Source of the DNA: Tubulanus polymorphus
Taxonomy: Eukaryota; Animalia; Nemertea
Length of the DNA stretch: 64,000 bases
Assembly: GCF_964204645.1 (NCBI RefSeq)
Contig: NC_134027.1
Span: 14,292,485 to 14,356,484 of the forward strand
Direction: 5' to 3'
Within the stretch, counting starts at the first letter, position 1, and each line of letters opens with the position of its first letter. The notes beneath the pieces are model-generated. The model saw only the letters and a program-made list of their open reading frames with translations. It searched no databases and was not told where the DNA came from. The position numbers and the translations under genes were made by a program. Of the stretch, positions 48,200 to 59,609 are shown piece by piece.

Positions 48200-48825
48200 T
48201 ATTTCTGATTCCACATCCATCTATCTTCACTTCTAACGATCTAAATATAATTTCATATCTAGTTTGTTAGATTTAAATATATTTTCTTTCTTTTCAAGAG
48301 GCCTTTAATTTCTCCAGTTCCATATTAGCTTCTTATTATAATCATCATTCATGTTAAATTTAGAAATCGGCAACACATGATCAATATGAAAGTATTCACC
48401 ATAATTATCTATATTCATTTTATCATCGAATTGATATATTATCCATGATATGAAAAATTCATCTGAACAACCCAATAAATTAGATAGTGTTTCGAATGTG
48501 TTTCTTTGTTGAATAATTGTGTTAATCTAGATCTTAAGCATTGTTTTAATCTAAAATCAAGATCTGTTTGATATCTTTCTCTCATATATTCTGTCATATA
48601 ATCATTATAAGCTTCTCTATTATCTTCTCTGTATTGTTTGGTATATAGTACAATGTATATACAAGTTTTACAGCAATATTGAAAACCATCTTTGCTAATC
48701 TTACGCTTACTAAATTCTGTTAAAGCTAATTTATCTAATTCACACTTAGAACACTTCTTGTAGTATATGTTTATGACACCAGTGTTATTTGTAATATTGA
48801 TAGTTTGTGGTTGTTCTGGTTCCAT
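48200..48825 (-). pseudogene. Zn-ribbon + HNH endonuclease, frameshifted with a stop
   Basis: KKCSKC...CKTC, then in a second frame LLGCSDEFFISW..QFDDKM..DNYGEYFHIDHVLP...NWRN*RPL...ENIFKSNK. Confidence 0.75.
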
Positions 48826-49357
48826 TTATTATACATATTTTTTTTTCTAAATTGATTTTAGAAGTTATTCATTTATATGTGATTCATGAATATATATGAA
48901 TTATTTCAATAAAACTTTACTAACATTTTAATGTTTAAAAATCTACCTCATACAAATATAAATATTGAAATATGTTTAAAATATACCTATTTATTAGATA
49001 CCCTATTAGATACCCTAATACCTGATACCCTATTAGATACCTTAAATACTTAAAACCCCCTTTTTAAAAATAAATATTATTTATACAATTTTCAACCAAT
49101 TTATTTTTATTTTTTCAACTAATATATGAATAAGTTTGAAAATGATAAAGGTTATTTATTATTACTGAGGTTTCAATTTCCATATGAATATCAGTTTATA
49201 AAATAAGATATTTTATGTATTAGATTGTATTAGATTGTATTAGATATGTATTAGATACCTTAAATACCTTAAATACTTAAAACCCCCTTTTTTATTCACT
49301 ATTATTTTATACAATTTTCAACCAATATTATTATTTGTGTTAAATATAATTAATATC

Positions 49358-50188
49358 TTAATCACTTTCATCATCAGACCCTAACAATTTATTCAAATTC
49401 TCTACCGAATTTTCTTCTTCAAATTCTCTATTATTTTTATACTTATTTTTCACCTTTTTTACCGCATCATCAATAGTTGTTTCATTGTTATGCTTATTCA
49501 TCCGATCAAATTTATCATTATATTCTACTTTATGTTTCATAGAATCTTTATAAGTGTTTGCTCCTAATATTTCATTAACAGTGTTTGATCCTAATATTTC
49601 ATTAGCATCGGTTAGATCTAATTCATCTTTATTAGGTGTTGCTAATAATAAATCTTCATATATTTTTTCACCATTTACTTTTTGATTTGAAACAAACTTT
49701 GTAACATATCTAAATGGGTGTTCTATCAATTCTTTTAAACCAACTCGTTCTATAACATTATTTATATGTACCCTTGTATTCATATGTTTATTCCAATTTG
49801 ATGTAGCGTTTGAAAATTCACTTTTACAATATCCACAATAATTTCTATTTTCACTAACATTTAATATTATTTCATTATTTGATGTAGAAGTTATTACATT
49901 ATTAGATGTAGAAGGTATTACATTATTAGATGTAGAAGGTATTACATTATTAGATGTAGAAGGTATTACATAATTAGATGTAGAAGGTATTACATTATTA
50001 TCAATTACATTACTTAAATTATCAACAACACCACTTTTATTATCGATTTCTATTAGTTTAGTTTTATAAATTTTGAAAATAGGATCAAATATCAAAGCTA
50101 TATTACAAGGTATAACATAATATAAACCATCATTATTTTCATGTGTATCGATGTATGGAATATGTTTATATACTTTACCTCCTTCCAT
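49358..50188 (-). CDS. Protein with (NNVIPSTS)n repeats and a C2H2-like finger
   Basis: 24-bp tandem repeat; YCGYC...KHMNTRVH; homologue at 61999. Confidence 0.7.
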   Translation of the reverse strand: MEGGKVYKHIPYIDTHENNDGLYYVIPCNIALIFDPIFKIYKTKLIEIDNKSGVVDNLSNVIDNNVIPSTSNYVIPSTSNNVIPSTSNNVIPSTSNNVITSTSNNEIILNVSENRNYCGYCKSEFSNATSNWNKHMNTRVHINNVIERVGLKELIEHPFRYVTKFVSNQKVNGEKIYEDLLLATPNKDELDLTDANEILGSNTVNEILGANTYKDSMKHKVEYNDKFDRMNKHNNETTIDDAVKKVKNKYKNNREFEEENSVENLNKLLGSDDESD

Positions 50189-50238
50189 TTATATAATAAA
50201 TATTTATTAAAGTTAAAATTTTAATACATAACACTATC

Positions 50239-51468
50239 TTATTGTGAATTTACAATATTTAATTGCGCGTCAGATATAATATAAATGTGCATTTTAAAAT
50301 TTTTGATTCCTTTATTCTTTGTCATGAATAATTGTATTCCATCTTTAGTGTTCTGTAGTTTTTTTCCAGAACCATGTAATGAATTATCCTCTGTTGTTCT
50401 AAAATCTAACCATAATGCATATTTATTACCGGTATAATAATCAATCTGATTAATGTTACAATTTTCAGATGATTTCACTTTTTCATTCATAAAATGTTTT
50501 CTAATTTCTGGCCATTGATCAATCATTCTCATTCCTTGACAAAATATTTTATTTGCTATTCCTTCGATAGTTATTTCTACTTTTGTTATTTCAGGATTAT
50601 AATAATTATCAACATTTATTGCGCCATTAGTATATGTTGCAATGGTAAAAAATATTAATATACCTTTAATAGATCTTCTTGGGAAGTTAATATTCTCATT
50701 AATAATTTCATCATTTGCATTAATAGTTACAGTTTTAAATTTATCAATATAATCAAATAATAATGAAAATCCTTGATTGTATTGAGTTTGAATTATACTT
50801 AAAATATTTTCATCAGTTACTGTGTCATATTCTAAACATATATTCGATGATTTATAACTCATATCTTTATTAACGCTAGATATTACAATTTCATTTACAG
50901 GAGCAAATGTTATTTCGAATATAACATCTTCTTGAATTGCGTATTTATATAAAGGTGCATCGTTATTTATCAATTCAAAGTCTAATGGAATTTTATATTT
51001 GATTCCATATATACTTTTTATCAAACTATCTGCGGTGCGAGTTACTATTGCGTCATTAGCTCCTGATCTTAATTTATTATGGTTTTCTGATTGGATGCCT
51101 TGAAATATCATATTATTTCTATTTTCTTTAGTTAACCATAAATCTTTATAATGCATGAATAAATTATAATCATCTAATGAGAAAACTGTTTCTGGACCAA
51201 TCTTTATAGTTAATTTTTTAATCAAATATCTCCCAACATTATCAACAACATAATTATTATTATTACCGATTACTTTTATATCGGCAGATAAATAAATACT
51301 ATTTGGAACATAAAAAGTATTTTGTGTTAATCGAGGAATTCTAACATATAAAGTTTCATCGGGATTAATATTAGAAGGGTTATGAGTAATTATATGATGT
51401 GATCTTTCTGCTTTAATAGCATTAGATATTCTATGATTCTTAGAAGGATTGATATAACTCCCACTCAT
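50239..51468 (-). CDS. Major capsid protein (double jelly-roll, inferred)
   Basis: 409 aa, ITHNPSNINP.E.LYVRIP...VPNS..L...N.GR.LIKKL.I..G pattern. Stops 6 codons earlier than the D copy. Confidence 0.75.
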   Translation of the reverse strand: MSGSYINPSKNHRISNAIKAERSHHIITHNPSNINPDETLYVRIPRLTQNTFYVPNSIYLSADIKVIGNNNNYVVDNVGRYLIKKLTIKIGPETVFSLDDYNLFMHYKDLWLTKENRNNMIFQGIQSENHNKLRSGANDAIVTRTADSLIKSIYGIKYKIPLDFELINNDAPLYKYAIQEDVIFEITFAPVNEIVISSVNKDMSYKSSNICLEYDTVTDENILSIIQTQYNQGFSLLFDYIDKFKTVTINANDEIINENINFPRRSIKGILIFFTIATYTNGAINVDNYYNPEITKVEITIEGIANKIFCQGMRMIDQWPEIRKHFMNEKVKSSENCNINQIDYYTGNKYALWLDFRTTEDNSLHGSGKKLQNTKDGIQLFMTKNKGIKNFKMHIYIISDAQLNIVNSQ

Positions 51469-51488
51469 TTATTTAACAAAAAAATTAA

Positions 51489-52807
51489 TTATTTATTTTT
51501 TATCATGTTTACTAGCCCAAAAATAATAGCACTTACAACTGTAAATAAAATAACATGTTCAGCAGCAAAGTTAATAATGTTTCCTGCAGATTTCAATATA
51601 AAACCAACAATTGATGCAATAACTCCTGGTAAAGCTGCGGCAGATTTTTTAGATAGTTCCCATAAATATTTTGCTAATTTCTTTAAACCATCCTTAACTT
51701 TATCTTGTATAGAATTATTATCTGGGGGTTTATCCGGTTTATTGGGAGTAGGAGTAGATTTTAAAGCATTTGATATTGCTAAACCAATTGTTGTAAATAC
51801 CATAGTTACAGCTGTTAGAATTGAAAGAATTGTTATTCCTTCTAATTTAAATAATAATTTTATTCTATCTTTCAATGATATTTTAGAATCTGGTTTTATC
51901 AACAAATCTTTAAAAACATCTTTTAATCTTTTAAAATTATTACCAAATTCTTTTAATAATATATCTCTTTCACCTTTCAGTACTTCTAAATTATCTTTTA
52001 AATTATTAATTTCTTTTTCTAAACCTAATTCTTTTTGCCTATATTCTATTTCATCAATTGCTTGATGGTCTAAATCAGACTTTAATTTTTCTATTTCTTT
52101 ATTTTTATCAGTTAATTCTTTTTCTAAATTGTTAATTTTAATATCTCTTTTACTTTTTTCATGCGCAATTTTATCAGCTGATTCTTGCATACCTTTAATT
52201 TCTCTACGTGTTTGTTCAGGATATAATTCTAATTCATCATCAGTTAAATCAAGTAATCCCTTCGGTAAAAGTTTTTCAGTTTGAACTTCAGTGTTTGATT
52301 TAAGTTTACTAGTTTTGGAATTATCAGCTTCTTTAGGAATTTTTTTTTGTCTTAAATTTTCATTAATTATCTTAAAAAATTTAGCATTTCTTTGTTTAAA
52401 TTCTTTTATATTATCATCTCTTTCTTTTTGTGTAACATCAGTTATAACATCATTAATGATTTTCTTAATTCTATCTGGTTTAAATAAATTAAAAGTTGAT
52501 TGTGTTATTATTTTATCGTTACTTTTAAGATTTGAAATCTTAAAATAATAGTTGCCTTTCAATTTCCAATAATAATCGCCATTTACATATTTCAAATCTT
52601 CTACTAAATAATCCATACCTTTATTTGTTATATTGAAACCAGATCTTTTTAACATTGGTTTAAAATCACTAGCAATTTCATTATATTTAAATTTTTTTTT
52701 CTAATTCTGGTACTTCATTTTGAATATCTATTCTCGATTTAGCTCCTCTAATATATTCATCTGTTGATGGGTTCATTTAAAGGATCCAATGGAATTTCTT
52801 CATCCAT
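51489..52807 (-). pseudogene. Coiled-coil protein with C-terminal hydrophobic helices; N-terminus frameshifted
   Basis: ORF 51489..52655; TAAATG at 52807; homologue at 59610-61068. Confidence 0.65.
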
Positions 52808-54141
52808 TTATATAATAAAAAATAAAATTTAAAATATAATATTCCTCCGATTACAATTCCTATACAAGTTAAAGCTAATTTAGTATTTTCATGGGATTTA
52901 TTATCATCATTTAGTTTAATTATTTCATGTGGAATAATATCAGTTTTTATATTTTCCGATGTATTGTAATCTTTTATTTTAGAATCATTATCTAATTTAA
53001 TATTATTAGTTTTAGTTTCAGTTGATTGAATATGTTTTTTATTTTTTTCACCTTCCATTAATTTTGGAGCAGTAATAATCTTTTTATTTATATCATTTAA
53101 TCCAAATGAATTATTTATTGTTGCAGTTTTAATTAGATTATTATAACTAATTATGTTTCCCATCTTTAATACTAAATGATTAGAAATAATAAATAGATTA
53201 GGGCCTATATAATAATTTAATCTAATATGTGGTTTATCTAAATAATTTTGATATCTTACAATGTTTTCTGGAATAGATCTATTTTTATCATTATGAATTG
53301 AATCTTCAAATAATACTTTAAACTGTTTCTGCGCATCGAATGAAGTGTTATCATTTCCAATTATTGGGGATCTTGTTTCAACTTGTGCACCTAAAATACA
53401 TATCAAATAAGTTCTAATAGATTGATTTATTCTTTGTATACCAGCTTTAGTAAAACCTTCACCATTTTCTAAAATGAAATTAACCCAACCATTATTGTTT
53501 TGTTGTTGTATATTATTATAATATTTTGGTAATTCATTCCAATTCAGTGTTCTTATATCTGAATTTGTCATTATTTTTCCAAATTCTTTAGTATACAATA
53601 TTCCTAATCCACCCATTGTTCCAATTTTTGCTCTAAAATCTTTATTTGAATTAATATTAAATTCATTACATATTTTATAAAACTTAGAAAAATTAATATT
53701 ATTATTCAATTCTTTAAAATATTTTGAACCTGGTAAAGGACATTCTAATTCATCTAATATTAATTCTATTTGAAAATATGTATGAAATCTAAAAAGTGAT
53801 AACATCAATGGTAAACTTGGTTTGTTTAAATGATCATTCCAACTAATTCCACATCCTGTTGTTGCACAATAAACAGCAAAATTTATTTGGTTCGGCCAAT
53901 ACTTCATATTAGATTTTAATAACCATTGTTTTGCCTCATTTAAATTTTTGAAATTAATTGTATACACATGAAATATATTTTCCATCTTTACATGAAAATT
54001 ATTACTTTCAGTAACATAAATATATAAATCAATTAATGAATTTAAAACTTCATTTCTATATGTAATATCTTTATTAAAATCTATTGCTGGAATATTATAT
54101 TTAATTGATTTATTATATTAGAAAGCTTTTGGAAACCCCAT
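52777..54141 (-). pseudogene. Conserved protein (QINFAVYCATTGCG) with C-terminal TM; early stop
   Basis: TAAATG at 54141; main ORF 52777..53985; homologue of the split gene at 36222/59013. Confidence 0.7.
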
Positions 54142-54157
54142 TTATATAATAAAAAAA

Positions 54158-54592
54158 TTAATAATTTATTAATTCTTTTAATAATTTATCTTGTTCTTCA
54201 ACTGTTATATGACCATTTAAACTTATTATATAATCTAGTGTATTCTTCAATTTATTGATTTCTTTTATATTAGTTTTAATTTTTTCTTTATTACTTTTTA
54301 TATTTAATTTTGAACTTATACCGGTTAAAACACTTGAACTTAATCCTAATACACCAATTGATATAGCTAAAGGTGTTAATGGACTGAATATTGCTAGAAA
54401 TGTTATTACAGAACTAATTGTAACCGAACCACTTATAATCAAATAATATATAATTTTAGATTTTAAATATTTTTTCTTTTTAACTTTTAAGTCACTTTCA
54501 AATTCTAATATTTGTTTTTCTAAATATGTTTTTAATTTAGTTTTATTTATATCATGAGGAATAATATCAATATTATCAACTTAATCATCCAT
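54158..54592 (-). pseudogene. Two-TM protein, early stop
   Basis: Homologue of 35771-36205. Confidence 0.6.
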
Positions 54593-54612
54593 TTATTTAG
54601 CAAAAAAAATTA

Positions 54613-55035
54613 CTAATTAGTAAACTTATATGCTACAAATATAACAATAACAGTTCCACCTAAAATCCAAATTATTTCATATTTCTGTTGTTCTTTACTT
54701 GGGGTATAATAATCTGATAATTTAGGTTTGTATAGATGTAATTTTTCTTTATTTGTTATCGCGTTATATAAACTCATTGCATCATCAACTGATTGAAAAT
54801 CTCCATGTGAAATCTTCTGATCATATAATTCTTTGTTAATATAATCCATATAGTTTTGTCGTTTTTCTCTATATTCTTCCGCTGCTTTATTATATTTCTC
54901 TAATGCTAAGTTATGTCTTTTGTGTTCTGTTAATGAACCATTTTTATCAATATGCTTGAATAAATAACCACCTCCAGTAAATGCTAAAGCGTTAACAATT
55001 GCTGATCCTATAATAGTTATAATTGCAGAAGCCAT
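54613..55035 (-). CDS. Membrane/coiled-coil protein, 140 aa
   Basis: Intact, TAAATG start. Confidence 0.75.
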   Translation of the reverse strand: MASAIITIIGSAIVNALAFTGGGYLFKHIDKNGSLTEHKRHNLALEKYNKAAEEYREKRQNYMDYINKELYDQKISHGDFQSVDDAMSLYNAITNKEKLHLYKPKLSDYYTPSKEQQKYEIIWILGGTVIVIFVAYKFTN

Positions 55036-55059
55036 TTATTTAGTAAAATAATTATGCAT

Positions 55060-55281
55060 TTATATGGGAGGAATATATTTTTGTTTTTCCAAATAATCAA
55101 TAGTTAAATTAGATAAAGTAACTGCTAATGTTAATTTTAAAATATCATTGATATCAAATCTATCAACATAAACACTTCCCATTTTGAATACTTTTTTTAA
55201 TACCATTGAATAACCAACAGTTCCAACTGATAGTAATGCGCCATTATATAATCCAGTTATTATCCACTTATTATCACTCAT
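55060..55281 (-). CDS. Small hydrophobic protein, 73 aa
   Basis: Conserved with 35081..35302. Confidence 0.7.
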   Translation of the reverse strand: MSDNKWIITGLYNGALLSVGTVGYSMVLKKVFKMGSVYVDRFDINDILKLTLAVTLSNLTIDYLEKQKYIPPI

Positions 55282-55638
55282 TTATTTATCAAAAAAATTA
55301 CTATCATCAAAATATTTAGTTATCTTATTTATGATTAATTCAACATTTATTTCATTACTAGTTTCATTTGTATATATTTCAATTATTATTTTTTTAATAT
55401 CATCTATAATAAAATGTTCATCTAATTCATAAAATCTTAAAGATTCTCTAATTAAATTAGTAATCTTTTCTACATTTAAAGTTTCTTTATCTATTGTTGT
55501 TTCATACTCAAATGTTGTTTCATTAGAAAATGCAATATTTTTGATATGTGTAATTACATCATTAACGTTAAATTTCATTTCTTTCTCACGTTTAAAATCA
55601 AATCCAAAACATATACTCGGCCCAACAGTTATATTCAT
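55282..55638 (-). CDS. Hypothetical acidic protein, 118 aa
   Basis: Conserved with 34724-35080. Confidence 0.7.
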   Translation of the reverse strand: MNITVGPSICFGFDFKREKEMKFNVNDVITHIKNIAFSNETTFEYETTIDKETLNVEKITNLIRESLRFYELDEHFIIDDIKKIIIEIYTNETSNEINVELIINKITKYFDDSNFFDK

Positions 55639-55654
55639 TTATATAATGAAAAAA

Positions 55655-56348
55655 TTACTCTCTACATCTTATAACTAATTCATAAATTACAGGAAAGTTA
55701 TTCAAATCAATTAAATGTCCATTATGATTTCTTATTTCTAATTTAAAATTATTAAATTTAGGAATGCAAGGTTTAAAATCACATTCATTTAAATTATAAT
55801 TTATTTGAGTTCCAAATTGTTTAACATTTTTCAGCGGTAAAATATTTAGTATACTAGAACTACAAATTGTTTCTTTAGTTGCTTCGAAAGTTTTTGTAGG
55901 CTCGATTAAATTGCAATAAATATAAAAGTGTGTAAAAGGTATTATATTTGAATTACCATCTACGTTTCCTGTAACAGTATCTGGTACAATTCCTAACAGT
56001 TTAGCTATAGGTTTTCTCACTATAGATGCATGTTGACTTTCATCATATACCTTTATTTTAATTTTATTTGTGCTATCACTTTTTATAAATCTAATTAAAA
56101 ATTTATCTTCACTTCTAATTTTCAAGGTGAAACCATTTATTTACATTTCTAATATGAATCATAAAAGCATTATGATCAATAGTTTTATTCGATATATTAT
56201 AAAAAGAATTACATAAACTTATATTAACTAATTTTAAATCTACACAATTCTTGAATTCTCTATCTAATTGAACTAGTAAATTATGAGATTTATAATTTGT
56301 AAGTCTTCTAGAATCAACAAATATTTTGTATTCTTTTAATTCCGCCAT
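55655..56348 (-). pseudogene. Minor capsid protein, frameshift/deletion
   Basis: Two ORFs matching the halves of 33952..34707. Confidence 0.75.
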
Positions 56349-56365
56349 TTATTTTACATATTTTC

Positions 56366-56716
56366 TTATTCGAAATCTATTTCACGGTGCCCTTTTTCAT
56401 TACCTTTGTATACGAAATAGAAATCTCCAGAACATAATTCTTCTAAGTCTTCACTTGATAATCTATGAAATCTATCCGGTAAATATGTTCTGAATTTATA
56501 TGTATTTCCTTTTAATCCTTCATATTCTAAGTGTATAACTAATTTATCTCCATAGTTATTAGTAACTGTAACAATATATGTAATTAGATTTTTCTTATGG
56601 ATTGTTAATTCTGTTAACTTTTTGAATTTATAATCTACAGATTTTACATTTGTTATATCTTTAATTCTATCTAGAAATAATTTGTTGTTCTCACTGTGCG
56701 CTTGTTTACTCTCCAT
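56366..56716 (-). CDS. Conserved small protein (possible ssDNA-binding)
   Basis: Homologue of 33584..33946. Confidence 0.6.
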   Translation of the reverse strand: MESKQAHSENNKLFLDRIKDITNVKSVDYKFKKLTELTIHKKNLITYIVTVTNNYGDKLVIHLEYEGLKGNTYKFRTYLPDRFHRLSSEDLEELCSGDFYFVYKGNEKGHREIDFE

Positions 56717-56744
56717 TTTAATAACATATTTTTATTAAAATTTG

Positions 56745-58386
56745 ATTAACACGTTAGAATTCTTTTCAATTAGTTCTGGATAATCAGATTTAATATATAA
56801 CCCGAAAGCTGCAGCTGATTGATGAATCTTTTTAATAGTATTTGTTATTGGTGGTTCTTCTGAAAAATCATTTTCATTAGAATTTAATTTCTTTCTTTTA
56901 TAATATATTTCTTTTCTATCTTGATCAGTTAGTTCTTTATTTAATGATTCAAAATCTCCATATATAACAAATGGAACTTTATTTTTGTAATCATATTTTT
57001 TTAATTCTAATATTTTATCCTTTTTATTTGGTAAAACTAATTTACAATAATCATGATTTTCACATAATTGTTTATGATTTAATAATGTACTTTCATTACT
57101 GAATCTATGAAACATTTTCTACAAAGATATATTTTATGGTGATCATTTTCTGATTTAAAAAATAAATCGATTTGTTTAATCCACATATAATGATTATCAT
57201 AATATAGTATATCTATAACATCGTTTGAATCAGAATCTTTTGATAGGTATAAAGGTTCTAATGTATAATGTTTTATATTGTTACCTTTTGTATTTGGTAA
57301 TTTGATTAAATCAAATACATTTATCTTTATATTATTATCTCTTTCTATTTTTGGGATGTTTTTAATTATAACAGGATACTTATCTATCTTATAATTATTT
57401 TCAAATGGTTTTGTAATGAGTTAATCTACAAATATTATAAGTTGCAGGATGTAAACAACTAATTATTGCCCATAGAAAACATTTATCATCTTCATTTTGT
57501 ACATTTATAACAGCATTAGTTTTAAATGGTAGTTTAATATAACTCGATGCTTCAATATCTGGTTCTTTATAATATGATACATTATTTTCATCAATTGGTT
57601 TTGATTTAGTTAACTTATTATATTTTGTGTTATAAACATGTAAAGTCATAAATATTATTTCATCAAATATTAAACCAGATCCTTCAAAATATTTCTCTTC
57701 TTATTTTAGTTTTTACTACATTATAACATTTATCTAATTTTTCATCTATCTGTTGTTTTGAAATAATATGTTGTGAATGGGAATTTATATTATGTATTGG
57801 TTTATCTTCAGATTTTATAAATTTAACTTTAGAAGATATACTAATTTTAGGGTATTCAACATCTGTAATTATTCTTTATTTCTTTCATATTTTCTAAATG
57901 TTTTTTATTTTCTTCTAATGTTTTTCCTTTATGAAATTTAAACTCGATAGCTGCTGGACCAATATCACTTTTAAATGCTTCGGTTATCTCTATATCTTTT
58001 TTATTATCTAATGAATTAATATAATTTCTTACATCTTCCATGTATGGCCTTTTATCGTTTAATTTATTTTTTAATTGTCTTCTGTTTCTTATCATTATCT
58101 TTATCAAAATAATCTTCACCTAAAATATCATTATTCTTATTTCTAATATGACTTTTAGATTTGAAATGTTCATTATAATATCTTTTATCACTGAATGATT
58201 GATTACATGTATCACATTTGTTTCTTTTTCATTCTTTAATTCATCTAATTTAGTTTCTAATATATCATCTTTATATTCTAATTATAATTTATTCTCTAAA
58301 TGTGTTTTAGTTTTATTGTGTCTTGCTTTTTGGGATTTATCTATATTGATATTACATGTTGGACAGTAGTACTTATTTGCTTCCAT
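56745..58386 (-). pseudogene. pPolB remnant, core deleted
   Basis: Matches 29521-31165 joined directly to 33537 onward. Confidence 0.9.
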
Positions 58387-58533
58387 TTTAATACTAATAT
58401 TTTTATTAAAATTGATTTTAGAAGTTCAATGATTTATATCATGTATTATTTCAATCACACTTTACTAACACTTTTAATGTTTAAAAATCTAACTCACACA
58501 AATATGAATATTGAAATAATGTTGTAAATATAT

Positions 58534-59002
58534 ACTTTTATATTGAATAATCTGTCAATTTAAATGTTATTCATGTATATGAATATTTTAAGAGCAATAG
58601 GGGTAATGGGCTTTCAGGTTAAAGGTTGAATGGTCGAGTTCATTAAAAACGAATATCAAAAGTAATTTAAAACTATAACATATTTTCATAACCGTGTGTA
58701 TTTCAGTTGAATAATAGAGTAATAATTATTATTTGAATATATTTGATTATATGAATTTGTGTATTATAAATAAATCAATTGGTCGCGGAGCGGAGCGGTA
58801 GCGAAGTGGAGCGACCAATTGATTTAATACAATATGCTTTTAAAATTTAAATCATTAATATCTTAGAATAAATATTTAGTTATAATATAAAATACACACG
58901 GTTATGAAAATATATTATAGTTCTAAATTACTTTTAATGTTTTGTTTTTTAATGAGCTCGACCGTTCGACCTTTGATCTGAAAGCCCATTACCCCTATTA
59001 CT
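58534..59002. repeat. Right TIR with fold-back palindrome (58593-59002)
   Basis: Reverse complement of the left TIR. Confidence 0.93.
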
Positions 59003-59011
59003 CAGCTATAG

Positions 59012-59593
59012 TTTAATTTGTATTTTAGGTGCGCAAGTTGAAACAAGATCACCAATAGTTGGAAATAATAACACTTCATTCGATGCGCAGAAACAATTCA
59101 AAGTATTATTTGAAGATTCCATTCATAATGATAAAAATAGATCTATTCCAGAAAACATTGTAAGATATCAAAATTATTTAGATAAATCTCATGTAAGAGT
59201 AAATTATTGTATAGGCCCTAATCTATTAATTATTTCTAATGATTTAGTATTAAAGATGGGAAACATAATTGGTTATAATAATCTGATTAAAACTGCAACA
59301 ATAAATAATTCATTTGGATTAAATGATATAAAAAGATTATCACTGCTTCAAAATTAATGGAAGGTGAAAAAAATAAAAAACATATTCAATCAACAGAAAC
59401 TAAAACTAATAATATTAAATTAAATAATTATTCTAAAATAAAAGATTACAATACTACAGAAAATATTAAAACTGATAATATTCCACATGAAATAATTAAA
59501 CTAAATGATGATAATAAATCCCATGAAAATACTAAATTAGCTATAACTTTTATAGGAATTGTTATAGGTGGAATATTATATTTTAAATTTTAA
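59012..59593 (+). pseudogene. 3' half of the gene begun at 36222
   Basis: Matches the C-terminal half of 52777..53985. Confidence 0.85.
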
Positions 59594-59609
59594 TTTTTTT
59601 ATTATGTAA

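Larger units (their letters stand above)
44497..59002 (-). mobile_element. AT-rich Polinton C, both ends intact, non-autonomous (14.5 kb)
   Basis: 5'-AGTAATAGGGG...CCCCTATTACT-3'; ~470-bp TIRs; TSD CAGCCA/CAGCTA; ATPase, integrase, MCP, penton and a pPolB remnant. Confidence 0.95.

Noticed and set aside
58408-58415. AAAATTGA mimivirus early promoter
   Set aside because: Antisense to the pPolB gene and expected by chance in very AT-rich DNA.
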